From a virus (Duplodnaviria; Heunggongvirae; Uroviricota; Caudoviricetes), in IMG/VR virus record IMGVR_UViG_3300025131_000004: a stretch of 46,285 nt of DNA. The stretch is one strand, 5' to 3'. Of the stretch, positions 26,849 through 34,991 are shown one piece after another. Each line of letters begins with the position of its first letter. Within the stretch, counting starts at the first letter, position 1. Both the position numbers and the translations under genes were made by a program. Below the pieces are notes generated by a model, which was not told the origin of the DNA, made no database searches, and saw nothing but the letters and a program-made list of their open reading frames with translations.

Positions 26849-28882
26849 TCACCTACATATATCGTGGAAGATGTCTTCTAAATAGTTGTTGATCTCAGCA
26901 CCGGTAATGCCAGGATAAAGATCATAGCACTGCTGTGCGATATCAGCTGGAGAACACCATTCAGTATCAAATCTGTTTGGAATAATACTGTATACCTCAA
27001 ACACATCTTCTTGTCCACAGTCACCCACCTGACAAGGTGAGATGGCAGCTCTTATATCTGCGGCGCTAAGATTTCTGCTGCTTTGAGCGGTCTCGTCTGT
27101 AAAGACCACCTGCATGGGGAAGGCATCATCTCTGAAGCTGAATCCTATTTCACCTGTCGCAGTCATGTGAACTGCATCGTACTGAGGCTCATTTCCTACG
27201 TTTCCTACGCAGCTCCAATTATTCAGAGCAGTCCAGAAGATGTCTGCAGAGGACAAGTCTATCAAGATATCTGGAGGAGATACGTTACCGGCTGCGCCAG
27301 GAATGTTTCCAATGCCAAACCTATGATCGGTATTCGCAAAGTCTAGGATATAAGGTGCAATGCCCTGCTTGAGAGCATCCACCTTTGGACACATGGAGCC
27401 ACTACGGTCCAACAAAAAGACCATATCCACCCTTTCATGGGCATTCAGGTCTTCATCTATCTCGTTATCGCAATCGTTGTCCTGGAAGTCACAGATCTCC
27501 TCTTCTGGAAGAACATCTCCGACACACACCTCCAAGAACAGAGGGGGGTCTCCGACTTCGTTGCCCCATCGCCCCATTTCACAGAATTGGGTACCAGGTA
27601 GGCAAAGACCTACGTTCACTGTACCGTCTGGCCCTGAATAACAACCCTTGACAAGGTCTTCGTCAATCAGACCATCACAGTCATCATCTCGAGCATTGCA
27701 CTCTTCAGGGAATGGAGTTCCCTCTCCTGGAATGCACTGAAATTCACCTTGCGCCAAGAAGGAGGCTATCGTACAGCACTCAGACCAAGCAAGAGTTCCA
27801 TCCTCTTGCTCTTGGCATTCTGTGAACCCTTGACCACAGGTCACTGGTTCTTGGAAGCAGGGAGTCATCAGTCCGACCTGTGGACATGCGCAGATCAACT
27901 CCTCGTCCACCTCACCGTCGCAGTCGTTGTCCACCCCGTCGCAGATCTCTTCGACTGGCTGTTGTGCAGTGCAGTTTCCAAAGATTCCTTCACTGCAAGA
28001 TTCGAATCCAGAACCACAATCAGACTGACAAGGCCTCCACAGCTCTTCGTCAATCGCTCCATCGCAATCGTCATCACGATTGTTACAGGATTCATCTTTT
28101 GGGTTGACATAGTCTACACAGAGCATGTCCAAGACATCGGTATCACATTGCATTGTGCCAAAATCACACAGACCTGTGTCTGTAAGGCCACACTGTTTAC
28201 CCGATTCCTCTATGGCTCCGTCTTCATCGACAAGGCCATCACAATTATTGTCTACTCCGTCACACAACTCAGCGGCGGGCAGTATTTCGTTTTCACAGTC
28301 ACTCCATCGAGCGTTTCTGCATTCTTGAACTCCAAAACGACATGGAGTCTTAGGGTGTTCTGGTGAGTTGAAGGTATAGAACTCAGGGTCTCTGGACCAA
28401 CAAGACTTCTTGAGGCTTTCGTCTGTTCGCCCGTCGCAATCGTTATCCAGTCCGTCACAGATGTCAGTTTCAGGGAAGAGGCCACCAACAAAGCCATCAG
28501 TTACCCAGACATCGTCATCCGTTCCTCCGATCTGATCCAGTCCACGCTCCCAGATGCCCCATTCCGATCTCTCTTCTTCAAGAAAGATCCTACATATCTG
28601 TGTCGCATGTTTACAGGGGGCGATTAAGCGGTTGGTAGAGCCGTTCCTTGCTGGAACAAGGGGTTCGGGTCCCATTTGAGAGGGCCAGTAACGTTCGTTA
28701 CGAACATTGTCTACTGTACATTTGCAGCTATCACTGAGCTGGTCACAGACCGGCTCTTCTACAGGAAGAACATCTTCAACCCCAACATCTGCAGCACTAA
28801 AGGGGTCAATCTGCTGGTCGCACGAGCAACCGGCAATCAGCATGATAATTAGTAAGCTACATAGGGTTTTGATTATCCTCAC
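26849..28882 (-). CDS. Lipoprotein with six CDGxDNDCDG metal-binding repeats and a C-terminal vWA domain
   Basis: Lipobox LIAG-C; six ExC[DN]xxD[ND][DN]CD[GN]xxDE-type repeats; MIDAS motif VFLLDRSGSM...FTDE. Confidence 0.85.
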   Translation of the reverse strand: MRIIKTLCSLLIIMLIAGCSCDQQIDPFSAADVGVEDVLPVEEPVCDQLSDSCKCTVDNVRNERYWPSQMGPEPLVPARNGSTNRLIAPCKHATQICRIFLEEERSEWGIWERGLDQIGGTDDDVWVTDGFVGGLFPETDICDGLDNDCDGRTDESLKKSCWSRDPEFYTFNSPEHPKTPCRFGVQECRNARWSDCENEILPAAELCDGVDNNCDGLVDEDGAIEESGKQCGLTDTGLCDFGTMQCDTDVLDMLCVDYVNPKDESCNNRDDDCDGAIDEELWRPCQSDCGSGFESCSEGIFGNCTAQQPVEEICDGVDNDCDGEVDEELICACPQVGLMTPCFQEPVTCGQGFTECQEQEDGTLAWSECCTIASFLAQGEFQCIPGEGTPFPEECNARDDDCDGLIDEDLVKGCYSGPDGTVNVGLCLPGTQFCEMGRWGNEVGDPPLFLEVCVGDVLPEEEICDFQDNDCDNEIDEDLNAHERVDMVFLLDRSGSMCPKVDALKQGIAPYILDFANTDHRFGIGNIPGAAGNVSPPDILIDLSSADIFWTALNNWSCVGNVGNEPQYDAVHMTATGEIGFSFRDDAFPMQVVFTDETAQSSRNLSAADIRAAISPCQVGDCGQEDVFEVYSIIPNRFDTEWCSPADIAQQCYDLYPGITGAEINNYLEDIFHDICR

Positions 28883-29024
28883 TTGGCAAGAACCTTCTTG
28901 TCACTTTGGGTAATGATTGATGACGTCGCTTCTCAAGCTTTGCTTGTTTCTTTTCAACCTCATTTACAACTTCCTGAATAGAATCTAATTGCTCAGAGTT
29001 AAGCAAATCTGCAAATCTTGGCAT
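28857..29024 (-). CDS. Small hypothetical protein (55 aa, not in the ORF track)
   Basis: TAATG-coupled ATG; MPRFADLLNSEQLDSIQEVV...QNPM. Confidence 0.55.
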   Translation of the reverse strand: MPRFADLLNSEQLDSIQEVVNEVEKKQAKLEKRRHQSLPKVTRRFLPSEDNQNPM

Positions 29025-29296
29025 TATAATCCATCCTTGTTCAATGACTTGTTAGAAAAATTGTATCGCATTGTGATCCCTGTTGAAAGTATGCGTTTAT
29101 GAAGGGTTGTATAAATCACTCTAATAAAAGCTCCATCCTCACCCCTCAAAGTCTTAACATTGCGTAAAGGGAAGCTAGGATTCGTTCGGCATATAACACA
29201 ATCAACCATAATCTCTTTAGAATCGCTCATCTTCCCACGAGTATCTGTATAAATATGCTCTTTGCATTGTGTACACTTGTATTCATAGATTGGCAT
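29024..29296 (-). CDS. FmdB-like zinc-ribbon protein
   Basis: MPIYEYKCTQC...CVIC; AT-rich. Confidence 0.7.
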   Translation of the reverse strand: MPIYEYKCTQCKEHIYTDTRGKMSDSKEIMVDCVICRTNPSFPLRNVKTLRGEDGAFIRVIYTTLHKRILSTGITMRYNFSNKSLNKDGL

Positions 29297-29478
29297 TATC
29301 GAGGAACTCTCCTGAAGTTCACTTGGAAGCTCGTCTTGCTAGGCATGCGCCTATGCTTTGTCTTCTCTTCGCATTCAGGACAGTCTTCTTCAACAATGGG
29401 TTTGTAGTCTTTGAGCTTAGTGCTCTTTTCAATCACGTGTTCTTCACAGTCCTCACAATTGTATTCGTAAACAGGCAC
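29296..29478 (-). CDS. FmdB-family zinc-ribbon protein
   Basis: SD AAGGAG, GTG at 29478: (M)PVYEYNCEDC...CPEC...RRMPSKTSF. Confidence 0.78.
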   Translation of the reverse strand: MPVYEYNCEDCEEHVIEKSTKLKDYKPIVEEDCPECEEKTKHRRMPSKTSFQVNFRRVPR

Positions 29479-29492
29479 AGTCTTCTCCTTAT

Positions 29493-30503
29493 CTACAGCG
29501 TCGTCGTCAGTGATATTCCTATTCCCCATAATTCTCCTGGTGAGACCTCGGGGTAAACCCAAAGGTCTGAGATAAGCGGTATGTCTAGCTTACCTAAGTT
29601 AAATCCGATGGGGGAAATTGAGAACCTGGTTGACTCTCCGAAATTGACAGATCCCCGGAGAAATCTCCAGTCCTGATCCAGATTTGTAGTACCGTAACCT
29701 CCAACAGTGAAACCAATGCTGCTAAAAGCCCAGCTAGTGGAAGTAGGATTAATAGTAGGGGTGAATAAAGAAAGACCAAGATCCACATGTGGGGACCAGA
29801 GGGTAAATCTTTTTTGGAGTTCGTTACGCTTTCTGAGGACGGTAAAATCTTGGACATGTAGGGTCTCGACAGTTGCTCCTGAGTCTGGGTGCACTTCTCG
29901 AAGTTCAATCGAGGTATCAATGTTCCCATCAGACTGTTCTGTTTCTACAATATCCAATTCAAATGTCTGTGACAAGTGATACTGAAATGATTCTGAACAT
30001 ATATTTGTCAAAGCTGTGATCCTGAAGTCACTGTAGCCCCACCCACAGTCAACTCCGGGTGCTAGCTCAGCAACTTCTGGCTCTCCGCGATGAGGAGGGT
30101 CGTCTCCTGGAAGCCCCTCAAAATCAGGGTCCAGGGAGGCCTCACGAATGGGGCACTCCCTTGGGACCCTTACAACTCTCGTCCTTACGGGCGTGAGTTT
30201 TCCTCCTCCAGAGGAGTCATGAGTTAGAACAGCATGGCCAACAGAAACAAGTTCTTGCTCAAGTTCTGTGACCTTCTGTTCTAGATTCGTACGTTCGGAA
30301 AGAGCTTCTTTTAGTAGATCTTGTGACCTGGTGATGCTGGTTGCAGCAAGGCCAAGGTCCTCTTTCAGTCTGGTGATCTGTTCAACTGAACGATCATTGG
30401 CATTTCTTGATGAATTCTTGCCATAGCCATAGGCCAATCCGGCAAGCAACAATGCAAGTGTCAAAGATAGGATCTTTAATCCATGCTTAGAAAGGAATGT
30501 CAC
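29493..30503 (-). CDS. Envelope protein: N-terminal signal/TM, coiled coil, beta-rich C-terminus
   Basis: ILSLTLALLLAGLAYG; heptads ERTNLEQKVTELEQEL; alternating beta strands ending WGIGISLTTTL. Confidence 0.6.
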   Translation of the reverse strand: MTFLSKHGLKILSLTLALLLAGLAYGYGKNSSRNANDRSVEQITRLKEDLGLAATSITRSQDLLKEALSERTNLEQKVTELEQELVSVGHAVLTHDSSGGGKLTPVRTRVVRVPRECPIREASLDPDFEGLPGDDPPHRGEPEVAELAPGVDCGWGYSDFRITALTNICSESFQYHLSQTFELDIVETEQSDGNIDTSIELREVHPDSGATVETLHVQDFTVLRKRNELQKRFTLWSPHVDLGLSLFTPTINPTSTSWAFSSIGFTVGGYGTTNLDQDWRFLRGSVNFGESTRFSISPIGFNLGKLDIPLISDLWVYPEVSPGELWGIGISLTTTL

Positions 30504-33066
30504 TGTCTAGCTCCTTTTTCTTGCTCTTGTTCTCCACCCACTGACCCTTCTCCCAATGTCCTGTCTCTTGTGCATTCTGTTCTTCGGCGCTTTCAATTCT
30601 GCGCCGAATCACGTCAGCTGCTACAGGTACATAGAGTGAACGCTCTGGGTGGAAATCATAGAACGTGCTTTCCATCTTGAAGTCCGTGATCTTGTTCTTC
30701 TCCCAGATGAACTCAATGGTTGGCTTTCTCTTTCCAATTCCATTTTCGTATCCGTGAAAACACTTGGTCTTCTCGGGCTTCCCGATCTTTCCGTACTCAT
30801 CAACCTCTGAGTATAGATGGCCAATGAAGTCTGCATCATATTCCATCTGTACTGTTTCAGAGAGGTTGTTATTACATGGGCGAACCATTGGAGCCAGCTT
30901 GTGATACTCCATAGTCGCAATAACTGTGATATGGAGTTTCTGTGCTATCTCCTGCTTGATCGTATGAGAGAGTTTCTTGAACTTGATTCTCTCATCCATA
31001 TTGGAGAAGTCGGACACCTTATGGAAGTTGTCCAAGACATATACAATATGCTTATTAGGATACTTCTTACGATAGTATCTACATAGATACTGTGCGTAGG
31101 ACAAGGATGTCCCGTGCTCAATATCTTTAATGACGAGGTTGTTCTTCATAAGTTCACGAAGAACTTTATAAGCCTCGTCTCTAACAAACTTCAAATCATC
31201 GTTCTCACCACTGTGATTCACATGCTTGGTGAAGTAGTTAGGGTTAGACATCTTGTTAAGTGTGATGTCTACGCCGTACTTTTCAGCAAACGGCAGTGCA
31301 AGTTGAGTAATCCACCTGTTGGCAAACATCCTGCGCGTGTCATCGATAGTATGGACTATGACAACAGTATCATCTGGATTACTCATAGCGAGGTCTAATG
31401 ACAGACCTGAAAATAGAGCCGTCTTACCGGTGTTTGCTTTGCCGCCGATAACAATGAGCTTCTGCTCACGCCAATCTCCGTTAAGATTTTGCTCTATATC
31501 GCTAAAGTGATGGAGCTTGAAGCCGGCCAAGCCGTCCCCTCTCTCCTCTTGTTCCTTTTTCATCTGATCTAAGGCAGAGAGCACCTCTTCTGCAGAGAAT
31601 GCACTCTCTCCTACGATACCGCCTAAAGATTCAATGCGCCCTAGAGTGGTTTGCAAGATCAGCTCACCACCATCAGGATTCCTTCGAAGCTCTCGAAGGG
31701 CTTCTTCGGCAATCTCAAGCTTCTGTTCTGTCAGGTCGTTCTCAAGACGATTCAGCTGCCTCTCCATCTCATCAGAGATGGCCTTTTCAGAGATGCCTGT
31801 ATGCTCAGACAATGTCGACACCATCATCTCTCTGCGAACCATGTTTGATTCACTGATGATCAATGGAATAGCTTTGGTACATACATCAAGAGCATCTGCA
31901 TCATGATCAAAGTGTCTTAACACCCACTCAAAGGCATCGACGCACTCAAGCTCTTGAAAAGCGTCGACAGACTCTTCTCTTAGGAAGTCATCGGGATCCT
32001 TACCGTCAGGTAAGGTCATGATTTCAAAGGAGATTCCTGTAATTCCAGCCAGTGTGGCTGACTTGTCATCGTCTCCCAAGAAGAGCTTCTTTGCTGCCTC
32101 TTGTCCGGCCACATCACCGTCAAGAACGATGACGACCTTTCTGACGCCAACTCTTTTAAGGACTGCCACATGACTGCTTGTAAATGCCAAGCCACCAAGT
32201 GCACAGCTGTTGTGCATGCCATGAAAGACTGCGGTTCCCCAGTCAGCGTACCCTTCAAAGATTAAAAGCTTTTCATCCTCACTCTTTCTTGTTCGAAGAT
32301 AGTTTGAGAGTCCATAAAGTCTAGACCCCTTATAGTAGACATTACGTCCGCCCTTTGTATTTACATACTTAGGCGGACGTCTACCGACAGGTCTGATCTC
32401 ATAGATAGCAACCTTTTCTTCATACAGTAGATCTCTTGCAGCAAAACCAACAGGTCTTCCATGCTCATCGGTGACTGTAAAGATAAAGTTATTCGGAGAA
32501 AAGAGCCGCTCGTCGCTAAGTCCAATCTCATCGAGAAATCCAGCGGCAAACTGCCGCTTAAGAGTTTCTCTAAATCCTTGGTAATTATTAACAGATCCGA
32601 TTTGATACTTTCGACAGAACGGTACATTCCATCCGCGACCCTCAATAGCATTCGTAAGAATCTCTCGCTCGTCGAACTGAGAGATGAGCTTAGCTGCATA
32701 GGCATAAGCTCTGTAGGTGTCAACGTCAAACTTTTCATCATCTGTCAGCTCCTCAAACTCAATAAGTACGTTGTATTTGTTACACAACCACATGACATTG
32801 TCAGTGATGTATCCCTTGCCAGAGATCGGTTTGTTATCTAAATGATGTGCTGCCAACATGATGTTGCCAGATAGACCGCAATTAAAACAGTGAAAGACAT
32901 TGGCACCGGGAACGACAGACATGTCATCTCCGTCCTTGTCTTCACAGTTAGGGTTTAAGCACTTGAAATGCTTACCATTTCTTGCATTGATTCCATGTTC
33001 TTCCAGGTAATCTATAACAAATGGCTTCAGCCTATCAATGGTTTCTTCATATTTAGCTACGCGCAT
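30487..33066 (-). CDS. Fused DnaG-type primase / SF4 (DnaB-like) helicase
   Basis: Zn finger CLNPNC...FHCFNCG, GFAAR, KYVNT, TOPRIM EGYAD...DGDVAG, KDPDD, Walker A GGKANTGKT, LDNFH, EYDAD. Confidence 0.92.
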   Translation of the reverse strand: MRVAKYEETIDRLKPFVIDYLEEHGINARNGKHFKCLNPNCEDKDGDDMSVVPGANVFHCFNCGLSGNIMLAAHHLDNKPISGKGYITDNVMWLCNKYNVLIEFEELTDDEKFDVDTYRAYAYAAKLISQFDEREILTNAIEGRGWNVPFCRKYQIGSVNNYQGFRETLKRQFAAGFLDEIGLSDERLFSPNNFIFTVTDEHGRPVGFAARDLLYEEKVAIYEIRPVGRRPPKYVNTKGGRNVYYKGSRLYGLSNYLRTRKSEDEKLLIFEGYADWGTAVFHGMHNSCALGGLAFTSSHVAVLKRVGVRKVVIVLDGDVAGQEAAKKLFLGDDDKSATLAGITGISFEIMTLPDGKDPDDFLREESVDAFQELECVDAFEWVLRHFDHDADALDVCTKAIPLIISESNMVRREMMVSTLSEHTGISEKAISDEMERQLNRLENDLTEQKLEIAEEALRELRRNPDGGELILQTTLGRIESLGGIVGESAFSAEEVLSALDQMKKEQEERGDGLAGFKLHHFSDIEQNLNGDWREQKLIVIGGKANTGKTALFSGLSLDLAMSNPDDTVVIVHTIDDTRRMFANRWITQLALPFAEKYGVDITLNKMSNPNYFTKHVNHSGENDDLKFVRDEAYKVLRELMKNNLVIKDIEHGTSLSYAQYLCRYYRKKYPNKHIVYVLDNFHKVSDFSNMDERIKFKKLSHTIKQEIAQKLHITVIATMEYHKLAPMVRPCNNNLSETVQMEYDADFIGHLYSEVDEYGKIGKPEKTKCFHGYENGIGKRKPTIEFIWEKNKITDFKMESTFYDFHPERSLYVPVAADVIRRRIESAEEQNAQETGHWEKGQWVENKSKKKELDSDIPF

Positions 33067-33500
33067 TATACGATAATCTTCTTTTCTTCAGGCACTGACA
33101 TGCCTAGGGCTTCAGCCCTTGTGCGAGTCTGCTCTTTCTTGAGCCTCTCTTGCATCTCTTTTTCAAAAGCTTCTTGCTTTGCTTCAAGGGGCTCGTCGAA
33201 TTCAACTCGTCTGATCTCTTTCAGTTCATCAACATCCAACTCTAGCTTCTTGATAAGAGCTACCAGGTCACCGGAGTTTCCGATACCAATATTGTAGTTG
33301 TTCTGTAAGAGCTTGAAGAGCCTTCCGTTTCCCTGAGCTCCAATCTCATTGACAATGATCTGTTGGCAGATGGCTAATTGTTGAGCCATCTGCTTCATCA
33401 TGCCTTCCAGCTGGTCTAAGCGACTAAGTGCACCTACTCCAGCTTCAGTTGTCGCAGCCTGTCTTTCTGCTTTCGGGTTAATATCTAATGGTTTTGCCAT
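33066..33500 (-). CDS. Hypothetical coiled-coil protein
   Basis: TAATG-coupled to the primase-helicase gene. Confidence 0.6.
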   Translation of the reverse strand: MAKPLDINPKAERQAATTEAGVGALSRLDQLEGMMKQMAQQLAICQQIIVNEIGAQGNGRLFKLLQNNYNIGIGNSGDLVALIKKLELDVDELKEIRRVEFDEPLEAKQEAFEKEMQERLKKEQTRTRAEALGMSVPEEKKIIV

Positions 33501-33698
33501 TTATTCAATCACATCAGTGTCCGCTTCTTCCAACTCTTTATTGAGTCTTGACACTTCCTCTTGTAGTTCTCTGAGGTAAGCAGTCTTTGCTTCCTCGATA
33601 GCTTTACGCTTCCTGATTTGGCTCGCCATGAACCAATTCGCGGGTAAGCCTAGGCCTTTCGCATAATTGCGCTTCATATTCCGCTTGAAGTTTCCCAC
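33501..33698 (-). CDS. Small hypothetical protein (65 aa)
   Basis: SD GGAGGA before GTG. Confidence 0.55.
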   Translation of the reverse strand: MGNFKRNMKRNYAKGLGLPANWFMASQIRKRKAIEEAKTAYLRELQEEVSRLNKELEEADTDVIE

Positions 33699-33891
33699 TT
33701 CTGTCCTCCACTTTGCCTAATTTGGGATCAATGTAGCCAATAATAGTTCCATCGACTCCAAAGAAAGCACTTCTCATAAGAGGCCTGTCCCAGAACTCCA
33801 TGAAATCATTGACGCTTTTCTCAGTGTATCCCTTACGAAGAAGTCCACTTCTACATCTCTCGTCTTGTATTCTTTTGTCATTCCTTGACAT
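33604..33891 (-). CDS. Hypothetical protein
   Basis: SD GAGGAGGA before ATG 33891 (MSRNDKR...). Confidence 0.5.
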   Translation of the reverse strand: MSRNDKRIQDERCRSGLLRKGYTEKSVNDFMEFWDRPLMRSAFFGVDGTIIGYIDPKLGKVEDRSGKLQAEYEAQLCERPRLTRELVHGEPNQEA

Positions 33892-33892
33892 C

Positions 33893-34984
33893 TTAATCCT
33901 CCTCGAAAGTAACCAGCCTTGCAAAGGTCATAGGATCACCTTCTTTCATGCCCCAGACCCATTGGCTTGCAGCATCTCCTAAGCCAAGAGACTCCGCAAA
34001 GTCATCCTTTCCACAAAGACTTCCGCTTCTGAATACAGGACATCCAAGAACATATTCGATAGCAGGAGTATGCCAATGGCCACAAGCGGCTACGTCATAG
34101 TCATGCTGTAACATCCAGTTCTGCCACTGAGCGGCTGGACTTGGAGAGGTCCCCCTCTTTGCCTTGTGTCTCAAGAGGATTCTTTGCCCCTTCACTTCAA
34201 CTAAGATGAATTGTCTGGAATTGGGATATTCAATTGAGATGCTTTCAGGAATCTGATCACATAACAGGTCCAAAATGATATAGATCATTTGGTCCCAGTT
34301 TGTCAGTTCATCAGCTGTCTTCGATGTACGTCCATGATTGCCAGGACAACCTACCACCCTAACGGGTAGTCCTGTGACCTTGTTCATGCGACGGAGAAGC
34401 TCAAAGAATCCCTTGGCGGTGTTCTTGACCTGCTCTACTGCATTCTGTTCGATATGCATTGCTTGCGTGAAGTAGATACCCTCACCATCAATCATGTCGC
34501 CGCCCATAAGAACAACGATCTCATCTGCATTTCTCTCAAGAGCAAAACGACAAGCTTCTTCTGCTACCTTTGAGGCGCGTCGTGCACCGATCTCTGGGTT
34601 GAAAAGAACTCGAGTCTTATCTTCTTCATCGGTAATGATCTTACCAAAATGCGTATCTGAAAAAAGAACCACAATCGATTCTTTCTCAGATTTTACAGGC
34701 GTAAGCTTGCTCTTTGTCGGTCGTGTTTCCTTGACCATCTCCTTTAGAGTTCTCGCAAAGCCTTGTAAGGCTCTACGAACCTGGAACCTGGTAGCTTGTT
34801 GAGGAAGAGAGAGATCTAACTGTTCCAGGTCTTCAACGTTTTGTACTTTGATCACACTCTCTGTCGTAACGACATTCTTTGGATCACCGTAAGCACTGTC
34901 GAGACTGGCTTCGAGCTTCCTTCTCCTTCTTGTATCTGCGGCCTTGCGAGCTATCTCGCTACGCCGCTCAGCTGTTAATCCCAT
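33893..34984 (-). CDS. Calcineurin-like metallophosphoesterase
   Basis: SDTHFG, GGDMIDG, GNHGR, RH, GHWH. Confidence 0.9.
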   Translation of the reverse strand: MGLTAERRSEIARKAADTRRRRKLEASLDSAYGDPKNVVTTESVIKVQNVEDLEQLDLSLPQQATRFQVRRALQGFARTLKEMVKETRPTKSKLTPVKSEKESIVVLFSDTHFGKIITDEEDKTRVLFNPEIGARRASKVAEEACRFALERNADEIVVLMGGDMIDGEGIYFTQAMHIEQNAVEQVKNTAKGFFELLRRMNKVTGLPVRVVGCPGNHGRTSKTADELTNWDQMIYIILDLLCDQIPESISIEYPNSRQFILVEVKGQRILLRHKAKRGTSPSPAAQWQNWMLQHDYDVAACGHWHTPAIEYVLGCPVFRSGSLCGKDDFAESLGLGDAASQWVWGMKEGDPMTFARLVTFEED

Positions 34985-34991
34985 GTAACTC

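Noticed and set aside
27083-28366. Antisense and alternate-frame ORFs in the track (e.g. 27749..28366 +, 37205..37690 -, 22877..23263 -)
   Set aside because: They are shadows of well-supported genes, with no motifs or ribosome-binding sites.
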